Shown: positions 1 to 8,158 of the stretch, piece by piece
How positions within the stretch are numbered: position 1 is the stretch's first letter
Layout of the letters: every line of letters starts with the position of its first letter
Assembly (NCBI GenBank): GCA_003133245.1
Contig: PKWM01000036.1
Coordinates: forward strand, 4,337-68,336
Reading direction: 5' to 3'
DNA length: 64,000 nucleotides
From: Rhodoferax sp.
GTDB taxonomy: Bacteria; Pseudomonadota; Gammaproteobacteria; Burkholderiales; Burkholderiaceae_C
Notes under the pieces: generated by a model
Told to the model about the DNA's origin: nothing
Seen by the model: only the letters and a program-made list of their open reading frames with translations
Database searches by the model: none
Translations under genes and position numbers: made by a program

Positions 1-2
1 TG

Positions 3-677
3 AAAAACGATCGCGCCGACTGGGACAAAGCCCTGGCCGATATGGCAATACCGATGCACCCGGCGCACATCGGCGCCGTCTGTCGCGAGCTGTTCCCGCC
101 CGAGTCAGTGCTGGTTGCCGACGGCGGCAACGCCACCATCTGGGCCATGTTTTACCACCAGGTGTTGGTGCCTAATACACTGCTGTCAACCTTCAAATTT
201 GGCATGCTCGGTGCCGGCATGGCGCAAGCTGTTGGCGCGGCCATCGCGCGGCCCGGCAAGCCGGTGTGCTGCATCATCGGCGACGGTGCCATGGGCTTCC
301 ATTCGCAGGAGGTGGAGACAGCAGTGCGCAACAAGGCACAGGTGATTTACATCGTGCTCTGCGACAAACAATGGGGCATGGTGAAGATGAACCAGCAGTT
401 CACGCTGCGGCCCCTGAAGACCTTGCTTTTCAAACATCTGGATGCCGACGAGACCATCAACGCCGACCTGGGCGAAATCGAGTTCGACAAACTGGGCCAG
501 GCCATGGGTGCTTATGGTGAGCGCGTCAGTGACCCGGCGCAATTGAAACCAGCATTGGCGCGGGCGCTGGCCGCTGGCCGCTGCGCCGTGATCCACATCG
601 ATGTCGATCCGGTCAAGCACATGTGGGCGCCGGGTCTGATCCACTTCAAGAAGATGCACGAGGAACCCAAAGGCTAA
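3..677 (+). CDS. Thiamine pyrophosphate-binding enzyme (acetolactate synthase-like family), C-terminal part; 5' end lies outside the window
   Basis: Frame is open from base 3. TPP-binding motif GDG(A)MGF...VLCDKQWGMV and FGMLGAGMAQAVGA. Confidence 0.85.
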   Translation, partial: KNDRADWDKALADMAIPMHPAHIGAVCRELFPPESVLVADGGNATIWAMFYHQVLVPNTLLSTFKFGMLGAGMAQAVGAAIARPGKPVCCIIGDGAMGFHSQEVETAVRNKAQVIYIVLCDKQWGMVKMNQQFTLRPLKTLLFKHLDADETINADLGEIEFDKLGQAMGAYGERVSDPAQLKPALARALAAGRCAVIHIDVDPVKHMWAPGLIHFKKMHEEPKG

Positions 678-692
678 CACGGAGCAGCTGCC

Positions 693-1607
693 ATGATCGA
701 CATTGATCTGGTCCATCTCAACTTCAGCCCGCAATCCCTGCTGCTGCTCAATGTGGTGCTGGGCTTCGTCATGTTCGGCGTTTCGCTGGAACTCAAAACT
801 GACGACTTCAAGGAGGCCCTGCGCACGCCGCGCGCCCTGGTGATCGGGCTGCTCGGCCATCATCTGGTGTTTCCAGCCTTCACCTTCCTGCTGGTGCTGT
901 TGCTGCAACCACGCCCCAGCATCGCGCTGGGCATGATCCTGGTCTCTTCCTGCCCGGCCGGCAACATCTCCAATTTCCTGACTCATTTCGCGCGCGGCAA
1001 CACGGCGCTGTCGGTGTCAATCAGCACCTTGTCAACGCTCGCAGCCATCGTCATGACACCGCTCAACATTGCCTTCTGGGGCGGCCTCTACGCTCCGGCG
1101 CAGCCGCTGTTGCGCCAGGTGGCAGTCAATCCGCTTGAGATGTTCCTGCATGTATTTTTGCTGCTGGGCCTGCCGCTGATTGCCGGCCTGTTCGTCTCGC
1201 GCCGCTGGCCGCGTTTCACCGCACGGGCGCAAAAGCCGATGAAGATTTTCTCGCTGGCCTTTTTCCTGCTCTTTGTGCTCGCCGCCTTGGGTGCCAACTG
1301 GCAGTATTTCGTGCTCTATGTTGGCATGGTGGTGGGCGTGGTGTTCGTGCACAATGCTGCCGCCCTGTTCACCGGCTACGCTTTGGCTTTTGGTGTCGGA
1401 CTGCCCGAGCGTGACCGGCGTGCCGTGGCTATCGAGTGCGGCATTCAGAATTCGGGCCTTGGTCTGGTCCTGATTTTCAGCTTCTTCGACGGCCTGGGCG
1501 GCATGGCCGTCATCACCGCCTGGTGGGGTATCTGGCATATCGTCGCCGGACTCACGCTGGCCACCTTCTGGAGGCGGCGGCCAACGCCGCCGCAGGGCAC
1601 GGCATGA
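693..1607 (+). CDS. Bile acid:sodium symporter (BASS) family transporter
   Basis: Multi-TM hydrophobic protein with CPAGNISNFLTHFARGN and IECGIQNSGLG motifs. Confidence 0.9.
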   Translation: MIDIDLVHLNFSPQSLLLLNVVLGFVMFGVSLELKTDDFKEALRTPRALVIGLLGHHLVFPAFTFLLVLLLQPRPSIALGMILVSSCPAGNISNFLTHFARGNTALSVSISTLSTLAAIVMTPLNIAFWGGLYAPAQPLLRQVAVNPLEMFLHVFLLLGLPLIAGLFVSRRWPRFTARAQKPMKIFSLAFFLLFVLAALGANWQYFVLYVGMVVGVVFVHNAAALFTGYALAFGVGLPERDRRAVAIECGIQNSGLGLVLIFSFFDGLGGMAVITAWWGIWHIVAGLTLATFWRRRPTPPQGTA

Positions 1608-2560
1608 TCACCCATCGTGTTCTCGTCACCGGCAGCTCGGGTTATCTGGGCAGCCAGGTAGTAGCCAAACTGACGCAGCGCAGCGACATCGTCACCATCG
1701 CACTCGATCTGCGTGAACCGTCGCTGCGTCTGCCCGGCGTCATCTATGAAGTGGCCGACATCCGCAGCACGCAAGTCGATGCCATCGTGGCGAAGCACCG
1801 CCCCGACGTGGTAGTGCATCTGGCGTCCATCGTCACGCCGGGAAAGGGCAGCAACCGCGAATTTGAATACAGCGTTGATGTTGAAGGCACGCGCAATCTG
1901 CTTGAGGCTTGTGTGCGCCACGCGGTGCGCCGCGTCATCGTTTCATCCAGCGGCGCGGCCTACGGCTACCATCCGGACAACCCGCCCTGGCTCACCGAGA
2001 GCGACCCAGTGCGCGGCAACCAGAGTTTTGCTTACTCCTGGCACAAGCGCCTGGTTGAGGAAATGCTGGCCGACTACCGCCAGCAGCAGCCGCAACTCGA
2101 ACAGATTGTTTTTCGTATCGGCACTATTCTGGGTGAGACCACCAAGAACCAGATCACTGACCTGTTTGAGAAGCCGCGCCTGCTGGCGATCCGTGGCTCC
2201 GACAGCCCCTTCGTTTTCATCCACGATCAAGACGTAGTTGGCGCCATCCTGCACGGAATCGACTCAGAGAAAACCGGAGTTTTCAATGTGGCCGGCGACG
2301 GCAAGCTCGGCATTCACGAAATTGCTGCGCGCCTGGGCAAGCGCTGCCTTGTGCTGCCCGCTGGCGTGCTGCAAGCGGCACTGTGGCTGCTGAAGAAGCT
2401 TCATCTCACGCAGTATGGTCCCGAGCAACTTGACTTTCTGCGTTACCGGCCGGTGCTGGACAACCGTCGGCTTAAAGAGGAGTTTGGCTACATACCCAAG
2501 CTCAGCTCGGCCGAGGTGTTCGAGCTGTGGCGGACTGCACACCGGAAGAGCAAGGCGTGA
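1604..2560 (+). CDS. NAD-dependent epimerase/dehydratase (extended SDR)
   Basis: ATG 1604 overlaps the upstream stop (ATGA). VLVTGSSGYLG Rossmann motif, SSSGAAYG, YxxxK (YSWHK). Confidence 0.9.
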   Translation: MITHRVLVTGSSGYLGSQVVAKLTQRSDIVTIALDLREPSLRLPGVIYEVADIRSTQVDAIVAKHRPDVVVHLASIVTPGKGSNREFEYSVDVEGTRNLLEACVRHAVRRVIVSSSGAAYGYHPDNPPWLTESDPVRGNQSFAYSWHKRLVEEMLADYRQQQPQLEQIVFRIGTILGETTKNQITDLFEKPRLLAIRGSDSPFVFIHDQDVVGAILHGIDSEKTGVFNVAGDGKLGIHEIAARLGKRCLVLPAGVLQAALWLLKKLHLTQYGPEQLDFLRYRPVLDNRRLKEEFGYIPKLSSAEVFELWRTAHRKSKA

Positions 2561-2625
2561 GCCGTCGCGACCTCACTGGCAAGACGGTGCTGATCAGCGG
2601 TGCAGCAGGCGGTCTGACCGGATAA
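2557..2625 (+). pseudogene. Truncated N-terminus of a classical SDR oxidoreductase
   Basis: GTG overlaps the upstream TGA. Reads MSRRDLTGKTVLISGAAGGLTG*, a GxxxGxG dinucleotide-binding start that stops after 22 codons, where unrelated sequence begins. Confidence 0.75.
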
Positions 2626-2971
2626 GCTTGGGTCTATCATCATGGTCTGTTGACGGACTGGTTTGGCTTGAGGAGCGGTCGGTGAAACTAGGGGCATGCT
2701 AATTCCGCAGCGCAGCGGAAGCTGATCCTGACCAGTGGCTGCTTTCTAGAAGCCCAATTGCGCACTGGTGAGCATCGGCCACTACTCGTCGTTGGGAACA
2801 AAGCCATCGCGGTCATGGATGGTAACCAGTTCACCGCTTTCAAAAACCGCGACAATGGCTCTCGCTAGAATGAACTGGGACGGTGGATAAAACAAGTCGG
2901 ATGGAGCGCTGAATGCTATCCGGGCAAGTTGGAGACAGCAATTCGTCATTCGGTCTGACGTATTACTAAAA

Positions 2972-3631
2972 TCACTGCACTCCAATGCTGGGATCAACAA
3001 ATCTCTTCCACTGCTCATTGGATAACAATGTTGATCCACTAACTCGAAGTGTAGAGCAGCCTTTGATGCCCTGAATAATTTTACGCGTTATACCAACCAG
3101 ATCTTTGTGAAGCCAGGGGCTAAGTCGAATAGATTCGATCATATTTATCGAAAATTCAAAATTAATAAAAGACGACACGTCTGAGATACTCTCAAATATA
3201 ACTCGGTACTCTTCCTCAGCTTCATATCCTGCACGTTTGAGAAAAGGTAGTTTGCTGATCGCTAGACCGCCATTCTTGGCCTCCGTCCGCATATCGCCCA
3301 TCGTTTTGTAGATAACATCCCCCATCGTTACATCGACATACTCGTCCAACCTTGCAAGTAGTGCCTGTCTCCTAAATACTACGCAAGCGCCACCAGTACC
3401 TGCAGAATAAATTCTCCAGTGATGATACGTTTCATCCGACTTTGTCATGCAAAAAGCAAGTAGCGTTTTAAGCTTCTTTCGTTTTACGTACTCACCAATA
3501 TAAAAAGTGTCGTTCTTGTCGTGCCAAGATTGTGGATCAAGCAAGGTCACCGTCTTACTCGTGAGCATTTGTAGTACGGATGGAAGATCGCAGTATCTTC
3601 GCAATCTTTCTGATTGAGCCATATTTTTCAT
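2972..3631 (-). CDS. DUF2971-like protein (putative ADP-ribosyltransferase-like fold)
   Basis: Pattern C(M)T..DETYHHWRIYS...GACVVF...V.Y...FLKR.GYEAEEEYR matches DUF2971 as recalled (CF...W..Y...G.C..F...K...W..E.E.R). Confidence 0.6.
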   Translation of the reverse strand: MKNMAQSERLRRYCDLPSVLQMLTSKTVTLLDPQSWHDKNDTFYIGEYVKRKKLKTLLAFCMTKSDETYHHWRIYSAGTGGACVVFRRQALLARLDEYVDVTMGDVIYKTMGDMRTEAKNGGLAISKLPFLKRAGYEAEEEYRVIFESISDVSSFINFEFSINMIESIRLSPWLHKDLVGITRKIIQGIKGCSTLRVSGSTLLSNEQWKRFVDPSIGVQ

Positions 3632-3668
3632 CGATTAAAGAAAAAGATAAATGGTATTTCTGAACCAA

Positions 3669-4412
3669 TCAATTTAACTGCCTAAGTATTTTATAAGTTA
3701 AACCTTGATTAGATGCTTTAGTAATTTCAAATCGAGAACCACGGTACCCAATTATTTTATCTTCGTTCAGGTCATATTTAATTTCCTGAGAAAATGCTGG
3801 ACGAGCCCAATCATTTTTGTACTCACGATAAAGAATCGATAAGACATTTTGAGATACACCGTTATAAATGAGTTCTCTTTTAAAGCTACTTTCATCCCGC
3901 ATGTCTTTGATTTTAACTTCAAAGGCAATGCCTTCCCAGTTTCTCAAAAAGGCGTTGTCCAGTTTCGCGCCTGATAGTATCCATCCCCCAGTCATCTTGG
4001 GGTCTGATTTAGATACATAGATCCCACCTTGCCACCTATGGTCCAAGAATACGGATTTTCCACCGACGAGAACAAGACCATCGGCATCACCCATATAGAA
4101 TATATACTGAGAATTTTCATGACTTTGCAGATATTCTCCTGGCAAAAGAGTTTGACCTTTTCCGCCAGGAGGAAGGGCTATCTCAATTGCAGACTTGAGT
4201 TCTATATACGGTAGTTTAGTTGAGTATTCTTTGTATATCAAGGTCTCTCCCACTTCAACGGTATTCACTACGTCCGTGGCCGGATAATAAACTACAGTCG
4301 GCTTGCGAGGCATTGACCTAATTTCAACCATATTTGAATCACTTGCCGCGACCGCACATAGCGACATAAGAAAAGTCGCTATTAAAATGATAATGTAACG
4401 AAATGAACTCAT
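3669..4412 (-). CDS. Secreted hypothetical protein
   Basis: AGGAG RBS, N-terminal signal-peptide-like segment, C-terminal SFKRELIYNG...YREYKNDWARPAFSQEIKYDL domain; AT-rich codon usage. Confidence 0.75.
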   Translation of the reverse strand: MSSFRYIIILIATFLMSLCAVAASDSNMVEIRSMPRKPTVVYYPATDVVNTVEVGETLIYKEYSTKLPYIELKSAIEIALPPGGKGQTLLPGEYLQSHENSQYIFYMGDADGLVLVGGKSVFLDHRWQGGIYVSKSDPKMTGGWILSGAKLDNAFLRNWEGIAFEVKIKDMRDESSFKRELIYNGVSQNVLSILYREYKNDWARPAFSQEIKYDLNEDKIIGYRGSRFEITKASNQGLTYKILRQLN

Positions 4413-5022
4413 TGATTTGCGCTCCTAATAAATACAGATACAATTTTGATTCTAAAGCTATCTAAGGCACATCTGTTTAACCGTATTTCTCAATGTTTTC
4501 CCTGCTTACAACTGATTTATATCATTGAAATATAAGTTGAAAAATGAGTTATTCATCCCTACCAGATAGGAAGTCCAACTGCGTAGCATAGTACTGCTTC
4601 TTGAAGATCATGAAGTCCGGAACCGCTTTTTTCCGCGAGAGCGTGGCATAACGAGTGCTGCCGCCCAGACGGCGTGCGCCGATGTAGCGGTGGTGGCTTT
4701 GACGCCCCCATTTCGGAGATCAAGCTGCTAACGCCAATGGCAGATTTAGAGGAGGCATTTCGGCAAACTGAATGACAGCCATGTGTCTTCTAGAGTCAGC
4801 CAACTTTCTCCGAAGCTGACCTTCAAATGTGTGCGTCAGCAATGGAGAAAATCGTAGGCCGGCAGGCAGCGGTAGGAGTCATTCAAGCGTGTTGACCACT
4901 GGGCTATAGTTGCAGCCACAAAAGTTGCCGGGAACCCGAAGGGCTACGTTGGTTAATTTGCCAAAATGTGCTTCAGCATTCTGTGGCCTGAACTTCTTTG
5001 AACCCTACCATGTTGAGGTGCC

Positions 5023-6300
5023 ATGTCACAAATTAGCGTTCCAGAAAGCATTGAGGACAAACACCTGTTGGACTTCTTCTCTGGATGGCAATGGAGAACG
5101 GACTCGTTGTCGCCCGTCCAGTTGAACTTTAACGCATGCAGTTTTGTTGCTCCGTATGCAGTTACGCTGTTCGCTGCATTCTCGCTTTGGCTCAAGAACG
5201 TCAAGCATTGTGATCTTTCCGTTGCTGTGTCAGCAGACACTGTTGTGGGCAACTACCTTGTCCAGAGTGGTTTTTTGGAACTTCTTGGAGAAGAAGCCTT
5301 ACCAACTTCGATTGACCGATCTGATAGAACAGTCAAGCTGACTCGAATCGACAAAAGTTCACAGATTCCAGGCTTCGCCAATTCTGTGATGGATATTCTT
5401 CAAATTGATGACGAGGAACTAGCGGGCGCTGTCAAATATTCGCTCATTGAGTTGCTGAGAAATGTTGTACAACACTCGGCGAGTAACGAGGGAGGAATTG
5501 CAATGGCGCAGTATTACCCTCGAACCGGCCTTGTTGAGGTTTGTGTTGCTGATATGGGCCTTGGGATCAAGTCGACAATTAATGAGGCATACCCAGAGAT
5601 CGACACGCATCTGAAAGCAATAAAACTTGTAACGCTCCCGCATGTTTCCCGAACGTTTAAGCCTGGCGGCTATACCTCGATGAGTGACAACGCTGGCCTC
5701 GGTCTGTTTTTCATCAGACAAATAGCATCACTTTCTGGTGGTAGTTTTTTTCTTGGATCAAAAAACGCCTTAGTAGATATATGGGGCGACAGGGAGGGGC
5801 AACAACGGAAGCTTTATAGACTGGCAAGGGCTGGCGGATGGCCAGGCACATTCGCTTACCTCCAACTTCGCAAGGACACAATTGCGGAGTTTGGCGGTCT
5901 TCTCACAGTCTGTAGGCGCTTGGCCGCTGAGGCCCAGAAATATCCCGCCGAACTCGCTCTTGACTTTATCGAAGGCATACCTGAATTGGGGGACTTGGAT
6001 GAACTCGTAATAGTGAGTGTCAGAGATTTTGAAGAAGACGTAGAGCGAGCGGCGAAGATTCGAGATGACGAACTCCTTCCAAGTATGAAAGCGGGAACAA
6101 TGGTTGTTCTCGACTTTGAAGGCGTTAAGTTTGCTACACAATCGTTTGTTCACGCGCTCATGTACAAGGTCATCCGCGATGGTCAGAACATTGGATCAAC
6201 CCTGTCTATTGCAAACTGTTCGAGGGCGACTCGGGAGGCTGTTATAGCAGTGGCAGCCTACGCGAAGGTCGGTGAAAGAGAAACCAAACCCAATCGTTGA
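5023..6300 (+). CDS. STAS-like / GHKL (HATPase_c) kinase / DUF4325 STAS-like fusion protein
   Basis: GAGG RBS. N-box ELLRNVVQHS, G1 DMGLGI, G2 NAGLGLF; C-terminal VVLDFEGVKFATQSFVHAL. Confidence 0.75.
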   Translation: MSQISVPESIEDKHLLDFFSGWQWRTDSLSPVQLNFNACSFVAPYAVTLFAAFSLWLKNVKHCDLSVAVSADTVVGNYLVQSGFLELLGEEALPTSIDRSDRTVKLTRIDKSSQIPGFANSVMDILQIDDEELAGAVKYSLIELLRNVVQHSASNEGGIAMAQYYPRTGLVEVCVADMGLGIKSTINEAYPEIDTHLKAIKLVTLPHVSRTFKPGGYTSMSDNAGLGLFFIRQIASLSGGSFFLGSKNALVDIWGDREGQQRKLYRLARAGGWPGTFAYLQLRKDTIAEFGGLLTVCRRLAAEAQKYPAELALDFIEGIPELGDLDELVIVSVRDFEEDVERAAKIRDDELLPSMKAGTMVVLDFEGVKFATQSFVHALMYKVIRDGQNIGSTLSIANCSRATREAVIAVAAYAKVGERETKPNR

Positions 6301-6556
6301 ATGGCTTCTTTGTGTCTCTTGCCGACGGTGGGAGTCACCCTGTGAAGCGACTGTTTCTGGTTTAACTGCTGACATTCGAAGCCCACGTTCCATTGGATTC
6401 CTGCACCCTATGCTGCTGCCAGAAGGCTCTCGTAGGGGATGTGCAATCGCTTCAGGCCAGCGCACGGCCCAGGCGCAGGGCCAGTTCGGCGGTCACGGGG
6501 CGGACACAATCTCGTTTTCGGAGCGATGTAGGTTTTTTGGCAAAACCCCAAGTCCA

Positions 6557-6572
6557 GGGCTCAGACCCCAAT
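6557..6572. repeat. GG(G)ATCCGACCCCAATT-family palindromic repeat (copy)
   Basis: GGGCTCAGACCCCAAT is 14/16 identical to 8110-8125. Confidence 0.6.
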
Positions 6573-7079
6573 ATCGCCTAAGGCGGCTTTCAAATCCTTG
6601 AGCAACAAAAACAGATGCAATGGATCGGTCTGGCTGGGCTCAAAGTCGAGGTTCAGATACCACTGACGCACCACGTCATTTTTGGCGTGGACCAGCAAGG
6701 CACGGATGCCCGCGATGTCGGCCGCCTGGGCGGTACGCATCAGGGCATCCTTGAGCAGGGCGCGACCGAGACCCACGCCCTGATGCTTCAAGTCAACCGC
6801 CAACCGGGCCAGGATCATGACCGGCACCGGGTGCTGTGCCAGCCCCTTGGCAACTCTGGGGGAAGCGTTTTGCGCTTCAATGCTGCCCACGGCCAGGCTG
6901 TAAAAGCCAACGACCACCCCGTTCTGGGAACTCACATAGGTTTGTGTGCTGTTGGACCTTTGGTTGTGCCATGCAAAGCGTTGCAGGAACTGGTTGAGCG
7001 CTGCTTGTCCACAGTCAAAAACATCAAGCTTGTCGCTGGCTGCGAGCTTGCGCACTGCAGCGTAGGGCGTGGAAATCAC
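6561..7079 (-). CDS. GNAT acetyltransferase toxin (AtaT/TacT-like), type II TA
   Basis: FDCGQAALNQFL, PVPVMILARLAVD, acetyl-CoA motif QGVGLG, LLVHAKND..RQWY; GTG start overlaps the antitoxin stop. Confidence 0.9.
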   Translation of the reverse strand: MISTPYAAVRKLAASDKLDVFDCGQAALNQFLQRFAWHNQRSNSTQTYVSSQNGVVVGFYSLAVGSIEAQNASPRVAKGLAQHPVPVMILARLAVDLKHQGVGLGRALLKDALMRTAQAADIAGIRALLVHAKNDVVRQWYLNLDFEPSQTDPLHLFLLLKDLKAALGDIGV

Positions 7080-7354
7080 CCGAGCAAACCCGGCTCAGTG
7101 AGCAATTTTTTGAGCCCGGGTTTGGCGCTGACGGGGCGCTCCAGCGCGGCTTGAAAAACGTCCCACTGGCCGGGAGCGAGCTCAAAGCGCAGCCGGTCGG
7201 CCAGCGCCTGGTTGGCAGCAACAATCCCGGCCTCCAGCAAAAACTCACTGACATTCTTGTGCGTCGCCTGAGCGGCCTGCTGTAGCAACTGCTTCACCGG
7301 AGTGCTGGCGCGCACATCAATGCGCTCGGATTTGGACGCAATAGTGACTGGCAT
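7076..7354 (-). CDS. DUF1778 ribbon-helix-helix antitoxin (AtaR/TacA-like)
   Basis: KSERIDVRAS...LLQQAA...NVSEFLLEAG...W..F..AL.RP...P.LKKLL; directly upstream of the GNAT gene. Confidence 0.9.
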   Translation of the reverse strand: MPVTIASKSERIDVRASTPVKQLLQQAAQATHKNVSEFLLEAGIVAANQALADRLRFELAPGQWDVFQAALERPVSAKPGLKKLLTEPGLLG

Positions 7355-7544
7355 ATGAATTCCTTGGTTATGCTTCGTATGATAACGTCCGGACGATAGC
7401 CTGACAAGTGGTGACGAGAAGATTTCGAATCAACTCTGCGTCGGCCCGGAGCCGAATTCGATGCGCCGCGATAAAGCCGGTAACATTCGTTGGGCGCCTC
7501 AAGATCGAGCGCGCAAGCTTGGCATGACTATCGGAGGTGCTCTC

Positions 7545-8087
7545 ATGCGTCAGTTGAAACTGAGTAAGGCTCTTACTCTGATGGAATCAGGGCCTGTGGT
7601 CCTCGTGACAACCCATGATGGGAAGAAAGACAACATCATGACTATCTCGTGGACCATGGTGATGGCTTTCACTCCGGTATTTGCCATCACCACGGGTAAA
7701 TGGAATCACTCCTTCGCGGCGTTGCGAAAGAATCGGGAATGCGTCATTGCAATTCCCACCGTCGACCTGCTGGATAAGGTGGTTGGCATCGGGACGTGCA
7801 CTGGGGCAGACACAGACAAGTTTGCCAAGTTCAAGCTCACACCGGTGCGGGCCAAGCTCGTCATGCCGCCCTTGATCAAGGAGTGCCTCGCCAACATTGA
7901 GTGCAAGGTCATCGACATCGTCAAGAAGCACAACATTGTTGTGTTAGAGGCGGTTGCCGCATACATCGATACCGCACGCAAGGAGAAGCGCACGGTTCAC
8001 GCTGTTGGTGACGGAACGTTCATCGTCGACGGGCGCAAGATTGACCGGAAGAAAATGATGGCCTCCAAGCTCCCATCGGGCGTTTAG
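7545..8087 (+). CDS. Flavin reductase-like FMN-binding protein
   Basis: GGAGG RBS before ATG 7545. GPVVLVTT, NIMTISW, ECVIAIP, PPLIKEC.ANIECKV. Confidence 0.85.
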   Translation: MRQLKLSKALTLMESGPVVLVTTHDGKKDNIMTISWTMVMAFTPVFAITTGKWNHSFAALRKNRECVIAIPTVDLLDKVVGIGTCTGADTDKFAKFKLTPVRAKLVMPPLIKECLANIECKVIDIVKKHNIVVLEAVAAYIDTARKEKRTVHAVGDGTFIVDGRKIDRKKMMASKLPSGV

Positions 8088-8093
8088 CTCGAA

Positions 8094-8126
8094 GGCCCTG
8101 CCCCGAATTGGGATCCGACCCCAATT
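8094..8126. repeat. Tandem pair of GGATCCGACCCCAATT-family repeats
   Basis: GGCCCTGCCCCGAATT followed by GGGATCCGACCCCAATT. 8111-8126 is identical to 18389-18404. Confidence 0.7.
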
Positions 8127-8158
8127 GAGCTACCGCCTGCCCCAAAATGACCGCCGGA

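Larger units (their letters stand above)
2626..8126. mobile_element. Accessory (horizontally acquired) island with no mobility gene in the window
   Basis: Visibly AT-richer than the flanks (especially 2972-6300), begins at a truncated gene, carries TA and hypothetical genes, and ends at a repeat before ppdK. Confidence 0.6.

Noticed and set aside
2626-2720. Possible IS end (GGTCTGTTGAC...) with ATG at 2696
   Set aside because: No partner inverted repeat or transposase frame found; the reading frame stops after 9 codons.
4560-4720. Minus-strand frame fragment (HRYIGARRLGG...DFMIFKKQYYATQLDF)
   Set aside because: Could be a gene remnant, but has no start/RBS and no recognisable motif; needs tBLASTn.
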